Below, piece after piece: positions 1 to 12,129 of a stretch of DNA of 64,000 nt. This DNA comes from Mobula birostris (Eukaryota). The notes beneath the pieces are model-generated. The model did no database searches and was not told the DNA's origin. It saw only the letters and a program-made list of their open reading frames with translations. The stretch is from positions 3,515,665 through 3,579,664 of the forward strand of contig NC_092384.1 of NCBI RefSeq assembly GCF_030028105.1, in the 5' to 3' direction. A program made the translations under genes and the position numbers. Within the stretch, counting starts at the first letter, position 1, and every line of letters starts with the position of its first letter.

Positions 1-280
1 AGGACAAACGTGATCATTGGTGGAAGCGTCACTTTCTACTGTGCTTTCCCACTCCTCCAAGATAACTCAGATCTAAATGTTGTCTGGTGGAAACTAGGGG
101 GAAACAATTTTCTGCAGACTTGGCTGGACAGCAGGAAATATGTCCCTACTTTAAGTAACGGGGAGGCTTCTTTTCAGCTCATAAACGTCAGTGCCGCAGG
201 CACGGGAGTATATTATTTTGGGGTGAAACGTCGAGATCATTCAATAATAAATGGAACTGGGTCAAAACTCGTGGTCCATG
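1..280 (+). CDS. Gene A V-set exon (5' truncated by window edge) with J-like end NGTGSKLVVH
   Basis: Open frame from base 1: GGSVTFYCAFP...VVWWKLGG...ASFQLINVSAAGTGVYYFGV...GTGSKLVVH, phase-1 donor CATG|GTAAG at 281. Gap-free colinear with the gene B V domain. Confidence 0.9.
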
Positions 281-435
281 GTAAGCAGAAATTATTAAAA
301 TTTATACCAAAATAAAGTAAAGAAAGTTCACTTCGAGTTCTCTTATAATAACAACCTAAATTTTATGCAAAAAAAATCTGGTTTCTATTCCCACATAAGT
401 TGTCTGTCTTCTTAGTGTTTCCAGATTTTATTTTT

Positions 436-850
436 TTCTATTCCCTGGAGCGTAGAAGAATGAGGGGAGATTTGATGGAGGTATATAAATTTATGATGGG
501 TATAGATAAAGTGAATGCAAGCAGGCCTTTTCCACTGAGGCAAGGGGAGAAAAAAAAAAACAGAGGACATGGGTTAAGGGTAAGGGGGGAAACGTGTAAA
601 GGGAACATGGGGGCGGTTCTTCACACAGAGAGTGGTGGGTGTATGGAATGAGCTGCCAGACGAGGTGGTAAATGAGTTTTTTTTTAACATTTAAGAATAA
701 ATTGTACAGATACATGGATGAGAAGTGTATAGAGGAATATGGTCCGTGTGCAGGTCAGTGGCACAAGGCAGAAAATGGTTCGGCACAGCCAAGAAGGGCC
801 AAACGGCCTGTTTCTGTGCTGTAGCTTTTTCTATGGTTTTTCTATGGTTT
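436..850 (+). mobile_element. CR1-clade LINE 3' fragment
   Basis: YSLERRRMRGDLMEVYKFM...FFTQRVV-type RT C-terminus followed by a short repeated tail (ttctatggttt)x2. Confidence 0.85.
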
Positions 851-1897
851 ATTGTTTCACTCTGCTGTGTTTTTGATCTGAGAGTTGGAAGCTGAATTGT
901 AAATTCAAAATTGCTACAAATACAATATAGGGTGCGCTATGGCTTCATTTAGGGACATGACTGAAAATTTTTCGCATTCAAATTTGTTTCTGAATCGAAT
1001 CATGAATATTTTTGTCATTCAAATTTAATCTCACTTTTTTGATACTTAGTCTATGGAATAATGGTGGTGTAATAAGATCATGAAAATGACTTTCACCAAA
1101 CCTTTAACAGAAATTCCAAAGAAACACAGTCAAAAGATGATTCGATGTTCTTGGTTAGTAAGAGAGCAGTGTGACCGACAGTTCGATGCTTGTATTTTGT
1201 TATACCAACTGAAGTAATTAATGCTGAGTAATCTTTTTTTTCGCAACTCACAGTAGATGTTGGATTCAAATGACGACAATTTCGGCTGCATTCAAGTGCT
1301 TCAAAATCTACGACTTTCTTATTTACCGGGCATCGTTTAGATTTTCCTTCTTAATATTATAGTTTTCCTCCTGAAACATATCTGCAGCACCTTAAAAAAT
1401 AACTCCCAATCTCCCAAATACCTTTAGCTGTGTGATGAGAATTGCATTTTTCTAATGGCATCAAATATTGTATCTAAACGGATTCTGCCACGGTCATTTC
1501 CAACATTTACTTCATTACTTAAACCTGCCATTTGGCAATCCAAGCCTTCCTCTTGAAAATGCTACAGCTTCTTTGATGTAACCTTGCAGCATCAGAACCA
1601 CCAACTCTCTTAAGTTTGTGATCCCGCCTATAGGTACCATTATTATCTATGTGAGCATTTCAGGGCATTGAAATTAAAATGAAATAATGTCATTAATTTA
1701 TAATTTTCTCACCACCTATAGAAAACAATGTTTATGTCCTGTGCAGATATTAAACAGACAGTCCAGTAATGTTATTGATGTCACAGTCGATGAAATGTAT
1801 ACAATGTCAATTTGCTTTTACCGAAGAAAGATTTAAATTATTCTGCAATTTTGGATAAAAATATCTGTTATGAATAAATATTTAACTTGTTCTGCAG

Positions 1898-2206
1898 TTC
1901 CACCGACCCCATTACGAATTACTTACAATGAAACCAATCATAATGGATCTATCTCCCTTAAAATTGTATGCAAAACTCCTGAATTCTACCCTGATGAGAT
2001 AAATATTACTTGGTGCAAGGATGGTCTGACCGTCGGGAATGGTATAACTACAATAAAAGCGCTAAAATCAAATGGTCTCCATGAAGTTACCAGCATTCTG
2101 GTCGAGGTACAACCTGTCAAGAGCGGGACTATTTACACTTGTCAGGCAAGTCATCCTACAATCAAAACGGCAAAGGAGTTCCAATTTATGTCAACGACTA
2201 CAGGAG
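1898..2206 (+). CDS. Gene A C1-set exon
   Basis: Acceptor ttgttctgcag|, donor GGAG|GTAAAA. VPPTPLRIT...IVCKTPEFYPDEINITWCKDG...YTCQASHPTI; begins with the same VPPTPL(R/K)IT as gene B. Confidence 0.92.
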
Positions 2207-2424
2207 GTAAAAATAGAATTCTGTTAACCATTAGCCACGTTCCTGAAACAAGCGTTTTTTCGAATATTAGGAACACAGTGTCGCACTACTTGTTAGTAAT
2301 AGGCAGAATCTTAAAAATGTTTGCGCCTGTATTGGAAAGGATGGCTGTAATTCAAAAGCGATGAGGCAAAATCAGTTAAAATCTTAATTTGACGAAAAAA
2401 TAAATTTGTGGTGCACTGAAAGGG

Positions 2425-2700
2425 GTATCACGATAGCGTTACCGCAAGCGTAACACTTTTAGAGCGCCAGCTGTAATACTAGAGATCGATTCCCGCCACT
2501 GTCACGAGTTTCCGCGTTTGGCGCGTGACCGCGTGTGTTTCCTCCGGGTCGTATTGTTCCTCATACATTTCATAGGTGCGCTGTGAAAGTTAGTAAGTTC
2601 TGGACATGCTGTTTTGACACCACTTGAGTTGTCCAGCCAGATCTCGCTGATTGAATTTGACGTAAGCTACACATTTCCCTTTATGTTTTCATGCATATGC
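2425..2700 (+). mobile_element. Decayed tRNA-derived SINE (V-SINE/HE1-like)
   Basis: tRNA-like head (gatagcgttaccgc...gatcgattcccgcc) followed by cgtgaccgcgtgtgtttcctccggg, which resembles the V-SINE core as I recall it; not database-checked. Confidence 0.55.
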
Positions 2701-3220
2701 CGCAATCAAAGCTAATTTAGTTACTGGATATGATCTTGGTTAAGATGAATGCCCCGAGGATATCTACCAAAAATCTATTTGTACAGTCATAGGGCAATAT
2801 ACTACCGATGCCCGACGTCTGCTAACCATTCCATGTCGACTACTGAGCTAATTCCGGATTTCTGTTTTTGTTGCCCGCGGTCCCATCCCCTCTGTGTACC
2901 TATTTTACTTGCCTCAGCTATCTACTCTAACAAGTCATTCAATATAGATACCACCCTCCGTGTGAAAAAAAAAGTAATTCAGATTTGTTTTTAAATGTTT
3001 CTCCTATCGTTCTAAAGTGTTGCACCAGAGATTTGGAACTTCTCATCCTGGGGAACAGGTATTTAGTCTGAGGTAATGCCGAATAAAATATCTAACAACT
3101 GTAGACATAATAACAACTTCCGTATATGCACATACCCAAATAAAAGATCAGAAGTGTGACATTATACTTTTCAATCACATTAAAGTTGTTCTACAATAAT
3201 TCGTTACATTTCCTTTGCAG

Positions 3221-3331
3221 AAATTCACCACGCACAATAGTATGTTCAGATTTGTCGGTCGATTGGCGGTGGATTGTTCATTCTATTGCTTGTAATAATC
3301 ATAATACAAAAGCTTGTAAGAAAATACAGAG
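3221..3331 (+). CDS. Gene A transmembrane exon with premature stop: (E)IHHAQ*YVQICRSIGGGLFILLLVIIIIQKLVRKYR
   Basis: Acceptor catttcctttgcag|, donor AGAG|GTGAG, phase 1-1, 111 nt (same length as the gene B TM exon). Hydrophobic run followed by basic residues; TAG at 3238-3240. Confidence 0.85.
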
Positions 3332-4236
3332 GTGAGGAATCATGACATTATAACAAGTTAATTGAAAGCTTTGGTTTTTTTTCAGTGGGCTAAGTGCACT
3401 TCGGGTAAAGTTAGATGAAATTAATGCCAAGGTTGATGCAAGGTTAGCACAGTCCTTGATTACATCCCATATTGCAAGGAAAATATACAGAACATATCAT
3501 TAGATAATTGGCCTGCGTGGTAAAAAAAAAAAAAAAAAAAATGCCGTGCAGTCTCATCACTTCCCTTTTCGCTGCTTTGAACATTTCCTGAATAAATGTA
3601 TTACATCTAGCACTTCGTTAACAGGATATATTTGAACAAGTTTTGACACCATGTGGTTCCGGATATACATTATTTACAGAAATGTGCCGTAAGGAGCCAG
3701 TAACATAATGAGGGATTTCACCCATTCGGCCTATGGATTGTTTGTCCCACTGCCATCGGGAAGAGTCTACGTTGCATCCACGTTAACACCATCATTTTCA
3801 AAAGCAGTTGCTTTCTGCAAATAGTGAGACCGGACCGGCACCTTCATCCACTAATGCACCTCTTCAAACCTCCAACCGTCACAACTTTATTGCAAACTAT
3901 ATTGTATATATTTCTCTAACATTAAATATATCTTTGAAATCTTTGAAACCTTTATGTTTTCCTGTTAGTCACCTTATGTACAGACAGTCCTGTGCCAAGC
4001 GATTTTCTATCGACATACAATCAATCTATCTTATGGACTTATAGTTATTGTGTTGTTATATTATTATAGTGTTCTTTAGCTTATTGCAGTTTTTGTGCTG
4101 CATCGAAGCCACAGTAACAATTGTTCCGTTTTCCATTACACTTGTGTACTGGAAATGACATTAAACGTTCCTGAATCGTGAATCCTAAATTTTGAAACTT
4201 ATAGTCATAAATTCAGCGCCGTGTTATGGCATGTTA

Positions 4237-4244
4237 GTGTGTGT

Positions 4245-4316
<72 letters not shown>

Positions 4317-4330
4317 GAGAGAGAGAGAGA
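4237..4330 (+). repeat. (TG)n microsatellite followed by (AG)n
   Basis: About 39 TG units read directly, then a short GA run. Confidence 0.98.
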
Positions 4331-5344
4331 TAAAGGGGGTGGGGTGGGGGTGTAAGGAGACCGTATAAGATAAAGTGTTCTGCCAGGAGTACTCGGTTGA
4401 AAAAACTTGTCAAAACCACTTCCTCTTCCTTTACTACACTGAGTAAAATGTTCGTGAAGTTAATGCATTATATAAATGCCATCCTTTAATTTTGTCATGC
4501 TGTCGAGAGCAGTGAGCGAGAAGTGAGGCATGGCCGGGGTATTATACGCTGTGCTAAATGCTGAGGATAATATTAGACGCATTAATTACAAATCTAAGAG
4601 CAATTTCTGTTTTTAACATATGGCAGTATTCAGCAAATATCGTACTACAATATTGCTTAAAATATTAATGTAAATATTGCCCATCAGAAATATTATTTCA
4701 TGCTGAAAAACGAATAATTAATTGGATAATTTGGAATTATGATCATAATTATGTATAAGAGATTCGAAAGACAACGCAGTGCATTCTGAAGGTCAGGTAG
4801 GTTCTGTTCTGTTTTTGCTTTGGTAGATTGGTAAATAGATCGAAACAAAGAGAGACGGAAAGGTGGACTCTCGACATAGATATGTAGCCACATATAGTTA
4901 TAAATAAATGTAATTAAACAAATAGTGGACACAAACAACCCGGCATTTACCCTCTATCGTGGAAAATTATTTTGACTGATTATTATTTCCTGCATCCCTT
5001 TCTTGCTTTTTTTCGTCTGTCACTCTTGACATGTCGAAATATTTCATTCTCTGCAATTAGTATATTAAATTGTCTGACCTCTGACACAATTTGTAGCAGA
5101 AAAATCCAGAATTCACTTCTGTCTGGCACATTTTGAATATTTGGTTAATGGTTTCTGATCTTTGATATCTGAAGCCTCAAACAATGTTGTCCCTCTTTCT
5201 CAACTGACTAGCCTACCCTTTTTGCAGTTGGTTATGTAAGTTCTTATTTTTACACAACAGGACATGATTGCTTACACGTGGCCTTTGAAATATACGCCAA
5301 ACTTGCCATCATATCTCTGTAACTGCCACAGTCGGTCAACAATA

Positions 5345-5632
5345 TATTCCTTCTTCGCTTTTCCTGCCTATCACCTCCCTGCTTCCCCTTTCCCACCCAT
5401 TTATCGTTCCCCTTACTGGATTTTCACCTGGAACCTACCAGCCTTCTCCTTCCCACCCTCCTCCCACCTTCTTTATAGGGCCTCTGCCCCTTCCCTCTTC
5501 AGTCCTGATGAAGGGTTCCGGCCCGAAACGTTGACTGATCGTTCCCACAGATGCTGCCCAACCTGCTGAGTTCCTCCAGCGTCCTGTGAGTGTTGCTTTG
5601 AACGCAGCATCTGCAGAGTATTTTGTGTCTCT
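5345..5632 (+). mobile_element. Penelope-associated 3' repeat fragment
   Basis: cctgatgaagggttccggcccgaaacgttgac...agatgctgcccaacctgctgagttcctccagc matches the tail of the Penelope copy at 28460-28580. Confidence 0.7.
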
Positions 5633-5834
5633 AATATCTGAAGACTCAATCAATTCTGTCCCTCTTTTTAATCTGTCTAGTCTGCCCTTTTTGCAGTTAG
5701 ATTTTCAATATTTTTACATACCGGTACATAATTGCTTACATTTGAACTTTGAAATGTACGCCAATCGTCCCATCAGATTTATGTAACTGCCACAGTCGGT
5801 CAACAATAAATACATGTAGCAATATATAAAACAA

Positions 5835-6010
5835 AAGATCTGATCGTTGATTACCGGAGGAACAGAGACAGGCTCAGCTCGATTAACAGCTGAGAGGGTG
5901 AATAGCTTCAAGTTCCTCGGTATATACATCTCTGAAGATCTCAACTGGACTGTACACACCGGCTATGCGGCAAAAAAAAAAAGCAACAACAACAACAAGC
6001 GTCTCTTCCA
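5835..6010 (+). mobile_element. Rex1/Babar-like LINE fragment
   Basis: ERVNSFKFLGIYISEDLNWTVHT motif, shared with the longer copies at 12130 and 20640. Confidence 0.7.
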
Positions 6011-6864
6011 CTTCCAATTGAATCACGATGCTTATATGTTCTAGATCTACTTGCCCGCATTACGCAGTTTGTTTTTTTTTCTCTTCTCCAGCCAATATAA
6101 CCTCCCTACCCTTCTTCTGTCTAAACTCCAGACGACTGAGAACGAATTTGCTAACCTTTATTTATTTTTTTCAGAATCCCAATAAAGCTTTTCAGTTGAA
6201 AATTTAATAACAGATTCTTCCCACTATGTTGACTGCTGTCTTTGAGCTTGCATGCATGTTTTCTTTTTTTTTTTTGAAACAGAATTCTTGTATCGCTCGC
6301 CAATAACGTGCTCGTCTCCAGACTCTGAAGAATTTGAGACATTACGACCAATAAATCCATATTTCAGTTTCCATTTGGGAACTTCGTTTTGGGATGCAAT
6401 TGTCAGGTCCTGGGAATTTGTTGCCCTTTTATCCCCATTAATTTCGAATTTTTATGTCTTTTCGAAAACTGATTTCCTTCAGTCCTTTTTCCTTACATAC
6501 TCATGTCGCAGCTCCGTCTTTTGTGCTGCTTTGCGAAGACTGAATGAATGCAGTGATCGAACTTCCCCTGCATGTTATTTGGCCAAGTATATTCACTACC
6601 TTTATGAATGTAAAGGTACCATATTTGCTGCACTCTTTATAAATTTGCACAGTTTTCAAATGAAAATGTTACATTCCTTGCACGATTGTTTTCATACTCT
6701 AATAAGCATATCAATTTTCATTTCTTTTTTCTGAATTATCAATGCCTATATTCTGCAACCCTTTATTATTTCTGAGAGGCTTATAAACGTTCTCTTTGGA
6801 TCTTATAATTTCTCTTATGTCCGTGGTTGAACATCTTTCTTTACGTAATTTTGTGCAGGACATG

Positions 6865-8250
6865 GAAACCATCGAAACCATATAAAAACTACAGCACGGA
6901 AACTGGCCTTTCGGTCCTTCTTGGCTGTGCCGAACTATTTTCTGCCTAATCTCACTGACTTGCATACGGACCATATCGCTCCATACGCCTCCCATCCATG
7001 TATCTGTCCAATTTATTCCTAAATGCTAAAAAAAAAATTGCGCATTTACTACCTCGTCTGGCAGCTCATTCCATTATCCCACCACTCTCTGTGTGAAGAA
7101 GCCCCCCCCCCCGCACCACAACCACAATGTTCCTTTTAAACTTTTCCCCCCTCACCCTTAATCTCTGTTTTATTCTCCCCTTGCCTCAGTGGAAAAAAAG
7201 CCTGCTTGCAGTCACTCTATCTATACCCTTCATCATTTTATATAACTCTATCAAATCTCCCCTCATTCTTCTACACTCCAGGGAATAAATTCCTAACCTA
7301 TTCAACCTTTCCCTGAAGCCGAGTTTCACAAATCCCGGCAACATCCTTGTAAACCTTCTCTACACTCTTTCAACCTTATTAATAACCATCCTGTAATTTG
7401 GTGACCAAAACTGAACACAATACTCCAGATTCGGCCTCAGCAATGCGTTATGCAACTTCATAATAACATTCCAGCTCTTATACTCAATACTTTCATTAAT
7501 AAAGGCCAATGTACAAAACGCTCTCTTTACGACCCTGTTTACCTGTGCCGTCACTTTTAGGGAATTTTGTATCTGTATTCCCAGATCCCTCTGTTCCACT
7601 GCACTCCTCAGTGCCTTATCATTAACCCTGTATGTTCTACCTTGATTTGTCCTTCCAGACCTCATGCTTGTCTGTATTAAACCCCATCTGCCATTTTTCA
7701 GCTCATTTTTCCAGTTGGTCCAAGACCCTCTGCAGGCTCTGAAAACCTTCCTCACTGTCCACTGCACCTCCAATCTTGGTATCATCAGCAAATTTGCTGA
7801 TACAATTTACCACATTATCATCCAGATCATTGATATAGATGACAAAAAACAATGGACCCAGCACTGATCCCTGTGGCACACCACTAGTCACAGGACTCCA
7901 CTCTGAGAATCAATTCTCTACTACCACTCTTTGGCTTCTTCCATCGAACCAATGTCTAATCCAGCTACCACCTCTCTATGTATACCTAGCGACTGAATTT
8001 TCTGAACTAACCTGCCATGCGGGACCTTGTCAACGACCTTACTGAAGTCCATGAAGACAATATCCACTGCCTTCCCTTCATCCACTTTCCTGGTAACCTC
8101 GTCGAAAAACTCCAGCAGATTGGACAAACATAACCTACCACGCACAAAGCCATGTTGACTCTCCCTAATATGTCCCTGTTCATCCAATTGCTTGCAGATT
8201 CTGTCTCTTAGTATTCCCTTCAATAACTTACCCACTACCGACGTAAGTGC
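6865..8250 (-). mobile_element. CR1-clade LINE, 5'-truncated, RT region plus 3' tail
   Basis: SQHGFVRGRLCLSNLLEFF, MDFSKVVDKVPH, SGVPQGSVLGP, KFADDTK motifs, broken by frameshifts. Confidence 0.92.
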
Positions 8251-8464
8251 TCTCTAACATCGGTGCTTCAACTTCAATTTTTATATATTTTTTTAGATCA
8301 TGCTTTGCCCACCTTTCCAAAAATGCTTTTTCAAAATGTATTCTTTCTTCATGATTTGCTCAATTATTCAGAAGACAAATATTACTGATTAAACTGTGCA
8401 TTATTGCATGTATCTCTAACCAATTGTTAAATTTAATCCACCTTATCGTCTCTACTCTCTGCAG

Positions 8465-8497
8465 AAAACAAAATTTCCCAAAATCACAACTATGAAT
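8465..8497 (+). CDS. Candidate small cytoplasmic exon of gene A
   Basis: Good acceptor (tcgtctctactctctgcag|) but weak donor (AAT|GTAAAC). Reads ENKISQNHNYE in phase 1 or KTKFPKITTMN in phase 0. Confidence 0.35.
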
Positions 8498-9114
8498 GTA
8501 AACAAAAATAAACACTAGTTTTATTTCTATTTAAGAGGAAGTAACCTCTCTGAAACAAAATGACCAGAGACTTTTAAGATGCATAGAGGTTTAGGTGCAC
8601 AGAGTCCGATTCAAAATACAAAACATTTCATGGATGGCGAGCGTCCATAATGATGGATGCCACATTCTTGAAGCAACGCCTTGTGAAGGTGTGCTTTATG
8701 TGTAGCGTTGTGGCCCGAAGGGAAATGATTGTGTGGGCAATCCTTTGCATCCCCTTATGATTCTCCTTATTGATACTCCAGAACAGTTGTAAATGCATGC
8801 CAATATAGTAAGCAGGTTACAGCAATTGCTGTGTTATTTAAATTTCGAAATGGGAAAATACAGCGGAATCATTGGGCATCTGCAAGTCTATGTGACCCAG
8901 TGCGCAAAATTTCACTTAGCACGGTTTAAGAAAGTTATCAAACCAATCGTCTTAAGGATAATACAACTATTGTCATACTGATAAGTTCATGTCATGATTC
9001 TTCCGCTATGTACATACTGCAGTATATAGTTAATGATAGTTACCTGAGCGTCAAGAATAGTGAGGTTGTGATCGAGCAACTGTAATGCATAACTTTAATT
9101 TCCGTTTTATGCAG

Positions 9115-9252
9115 ATATCACTGAACGATAAGGTGCATTATACTACGATAAATGTGACCAAGTCAGTTAAAAGCAAGGAACATCTGCATCAAGGAGAGAT
9201 ACTTGTATACGACAAAGTATATCAAAGACCACTTTCTATGAGTATTCTTTGA
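9115..9252 (+). CDS. Gene A terminal ITIM exon ISLNDKVHYTTINVTKSVKSKEHLHQGEILVYDKVYQRPLSMSIL*
   Basis: Not in the ORF track. Acceptor tttccgttttatgcag|, phase 0 like gene B exon 6. Motifs VHYTTI (9133-9150) and LVYDKV (9202-9219) have the same 23-aa Tyr spacing as gene B. Confidence 0.8.
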   Translation: MSLNDKVHYTTINVTKSVKSKEHLHQGEILVYDKVYQRPLSMSIL

Positions 9253-10949
9253 TCGGAAAGCTAAATTTTTTTGCTAGGTTCTAGCTATTTTCCCAATCTT
9301 TGTTTTGCAGGCAAAACACACGACTAGCATGAATGACTAGCCTGATTCTCTGAAGACAAAGTACTCTGAACGTAATTTCAGGAGTGCGGATATGCAAAAG
9401 TGCACATGAAACACAGGTCTAGGATATTTATTAAGAAAGCAGTTAACGGGACACCTGCGGAGAGGTCACCACAATTGTTCAGTTTCCTCCCTTAACTTAT
9501 GGGTTTGAACCGGCCTTCCTCTTGCTCTGATCTTGTAACTATCATTTTTTAACATCTCAATCCTCCTTTGCGACTGAATTAACCAGAACAATTATTTTTT
9601 TTCTGACATTTTTCCAATAATATCAAATATAGTCCATGACACCAAAAGATATAGGTGCCGCTTTACGCCATTTCGCCCATCTAGCCTGCACTGCCATTTC
9701 ATCATGGCAGATCCAATTTTGAATGGATAATTAAAGGAACACAGTACAAAAGGAATGCATTCCTTTAGTAATGAAATACCTAACGAGCTGGGGACACTGA
9801 ATGCTGCAAGAACTGAAAGGACAAACTGGCTTTTTCGACTTTACATCAAATTTCGAGTTACTCCTTATTCTAATTGCTTCACCATACCCGTATGCTATAG
9901 CCAAAAGTGGCGAGACTAAATTAAAATCAGTATTTGTCTGCATTGAAAATGGCTGATTCATGAAACAAAAATGCAAGCGTAGGAACATTCTGCGTTTGGT
10001 TCAAATTACCATAGATCACCAAATGTTGTCATCTAAGATTAAACAAAACTGCCCCAATGTGCTCTCTTCTGCAGAAAACAAAATTATGTGATCAAGCAGT
10101 TTGCTGATTTTAGACCATGAACTTGGACCAGTTTGTAATTTTTCCGTCAGTGCTTTCAAATCCATGCCAATTGGCCCGGTGACTTTACAAATTGCTCTGT
10201 AATACATTAAAACGTGAAACTGTACACCGCCCATAACTTCATATAGTAACATCATAATTGCAGACGTTTGTTGAGAATTTTTCGAGCACCCTTCAAAGAT
10301 GACGTACAGATTTTGTATTTCTGCCCCCTTCAGCATGAGGTGTGAAGTCTAATGCTATTAATGGCAGTATTCACAGATAACAGGTAACAGACAATAAGGA
10401 ACTAAGGAGAGGTTCACGATATTTTTACTGTACCCTTTTTCCACATTGTTTTTGAGACCAGCAACAGTGCTGTCAATCTCAAATTTAAAGATAGCCTTGT
10501 CCTGTACCTGGACCCAGAGTCATGGGTGTAATAGGGTTACAGCAGGGGATATACAGTCATTGGTGTAATAAGGTTAGAGGACTCTCCAGGAGGCGCTCAT
10601 GGCGTGAGGTACAGATCGCATTCTCTCCATTCCCTTTACTTCTTTTACCTGTAACCACCTTTATTTACTTTATCTATACCTGCACTAAAGGGTTTATACC
10701 ACAAATAGATCTTTGAACTTCGATTTTAACTTACTGAAAATGCTGACCAGAGAGCATAAAGTTCAAAGTGGGAAAGACTCCGGCGAGAACGGGAAAAGAA
10801 AAAGATAGCGATCCCCAAACATCTAAGCATATTCCATTAACAACGAAACAATGTCAAAACTTCTAGAGGATACACTTAACTAAAGATTTGCTCTGTTTGA
10901 AGACGTTTTGAAGACCATTCAATATGATGTTAAATCATATCTTAAATCT

Positions 10950-11262
10950 AGTACGAAAGGGCATGACTTAATGATTGAAGGGCGCCCATTCAGAACAGAA
11001 ATGCGAAGATTTTTTTTTAGTCAGACGGTGGTGAATCTATGGAATTTGTTGCCATGGGCAGCAGTGGAGGCCAAGTCATTGGGTGTATTTAAGGCAGAGA
11101 TTGATAGGTATCTGAGTAGTCAGGGCATCAAAGGTTATGGTGAGAAGGCGGGGGAGTGGGACTAAATAGGAGAATAGATCAGCTCATGATAAAATGGCAG
11201 AACAGACTTGATAGGCTGAATGGCCTACTTCTGCTCCTTTTTCTTATGGTCTTATGGTCTAA
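10950..11262 (+). mobile_element. CR1 3' fragment nested in L1 relic
   Basis: TKGHDLMIEGRPFRTEMRRFFFSQTVVNLWN; near-identical in type to the 3' end at 40860-41150 (minus). Confidence 0.85.
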
Positions 11263-12129
11263 TTCGTTTAGATGCGAAGTCGATCAACAACAGATTAGAA
11301 TTTCAGAGCTGGTTGAAGCCGGTCGGAAGAGAGACCAAAAAATTGAATCCCTGGAGAGAAATCTGTCTTTGACATCTCAGCTGTTGTAATGTTATAAATC
11401 AAAGATTATCGATCTTGAAAATCAAACTTGGCGACAGAATCTGGGAATAATCGGACTTCCTAAAGATGTTGAGATGGGCGATCCCACTAAATACTTTTCT
11501 AAATTCTTAATGGATGTGTTTGGACCAGAAGTTATGGAAGCCCCCCATTGTTAAATTGTGCGTATCGCACCTTCCAAAGAATTTAAACCGAGACCTATTA
11601 TTGTTCGGTTTTACGATGTTCACATTAAGGATCAAATAATGCATTTTTTTTCTTTTTTGTAACTTGCTTTTCGTGTTTTTTTTTGAAGAAGAAAGATAAT
11701 ATCTAGATTAGCGATTTCGTTTTTTACATTTTGAAGGCTGTCACCTTCGTTTTGTAGTGTAGGAGTTTTTCGTGTTTTTGAATGAAAGTATTCTTTTTTT
11801 CTTTTTTCGTTAGTGATTTTGTATTTTTTTCACTTTTCATCAGTTTTCTTTTGAGAGTAATTAAGTAGTAGATTCAGTGTTTGATTTCCTTTTGTTTGAA
11901 ACTTTATTGGAGAAGTATTACATCTTAAGATGGTGAATTGCTCTGTCCTTCTTCTCAGAATTTATCTTTTCTTGCTGCGTCATTTCCAATCATTTATATA
12001 TGAAATAAACTAATAATATGAATTGGCACTTGGTCTTTTTTTTGAATTATGCGGAAGAAAAAAACTATTTTATGTTTGTAATTGTTGTAATCTTTTCTTT
12101 ACATTTATAGCGATCGATTTTTTTTTGAC

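Larger units (their letters stand above)
1..9252 (+). pseudogene. Gene A: paralogous VJ-C1-TM-ITIM receptor, 5' end outside the window; probably pseudogenised or encoding a soluble form
   Basis: Same exon plan and phases as gene B. V has YYF instead of YYC and G instead of D in DxGxYxC; in-frame TAG at 3238-3240; cytoplasmic phase unresolved. Confidence 0.65.

Noticed and set aside
2207-2364. Read-through extension of the gene A C1 ORF as a secreted tail
   Set aside because: It begins at a canonical phase-1 donor matching gene B; there is no motif or poly(A) evidence, so it is likely chance intron read-through.
10016-10336. 106-aa minus-strand ORF as an alternative terminal exon
   Set aside because: No valid ITIM or domain and no phase-0 acceptor; gene B already terminates at 40632.
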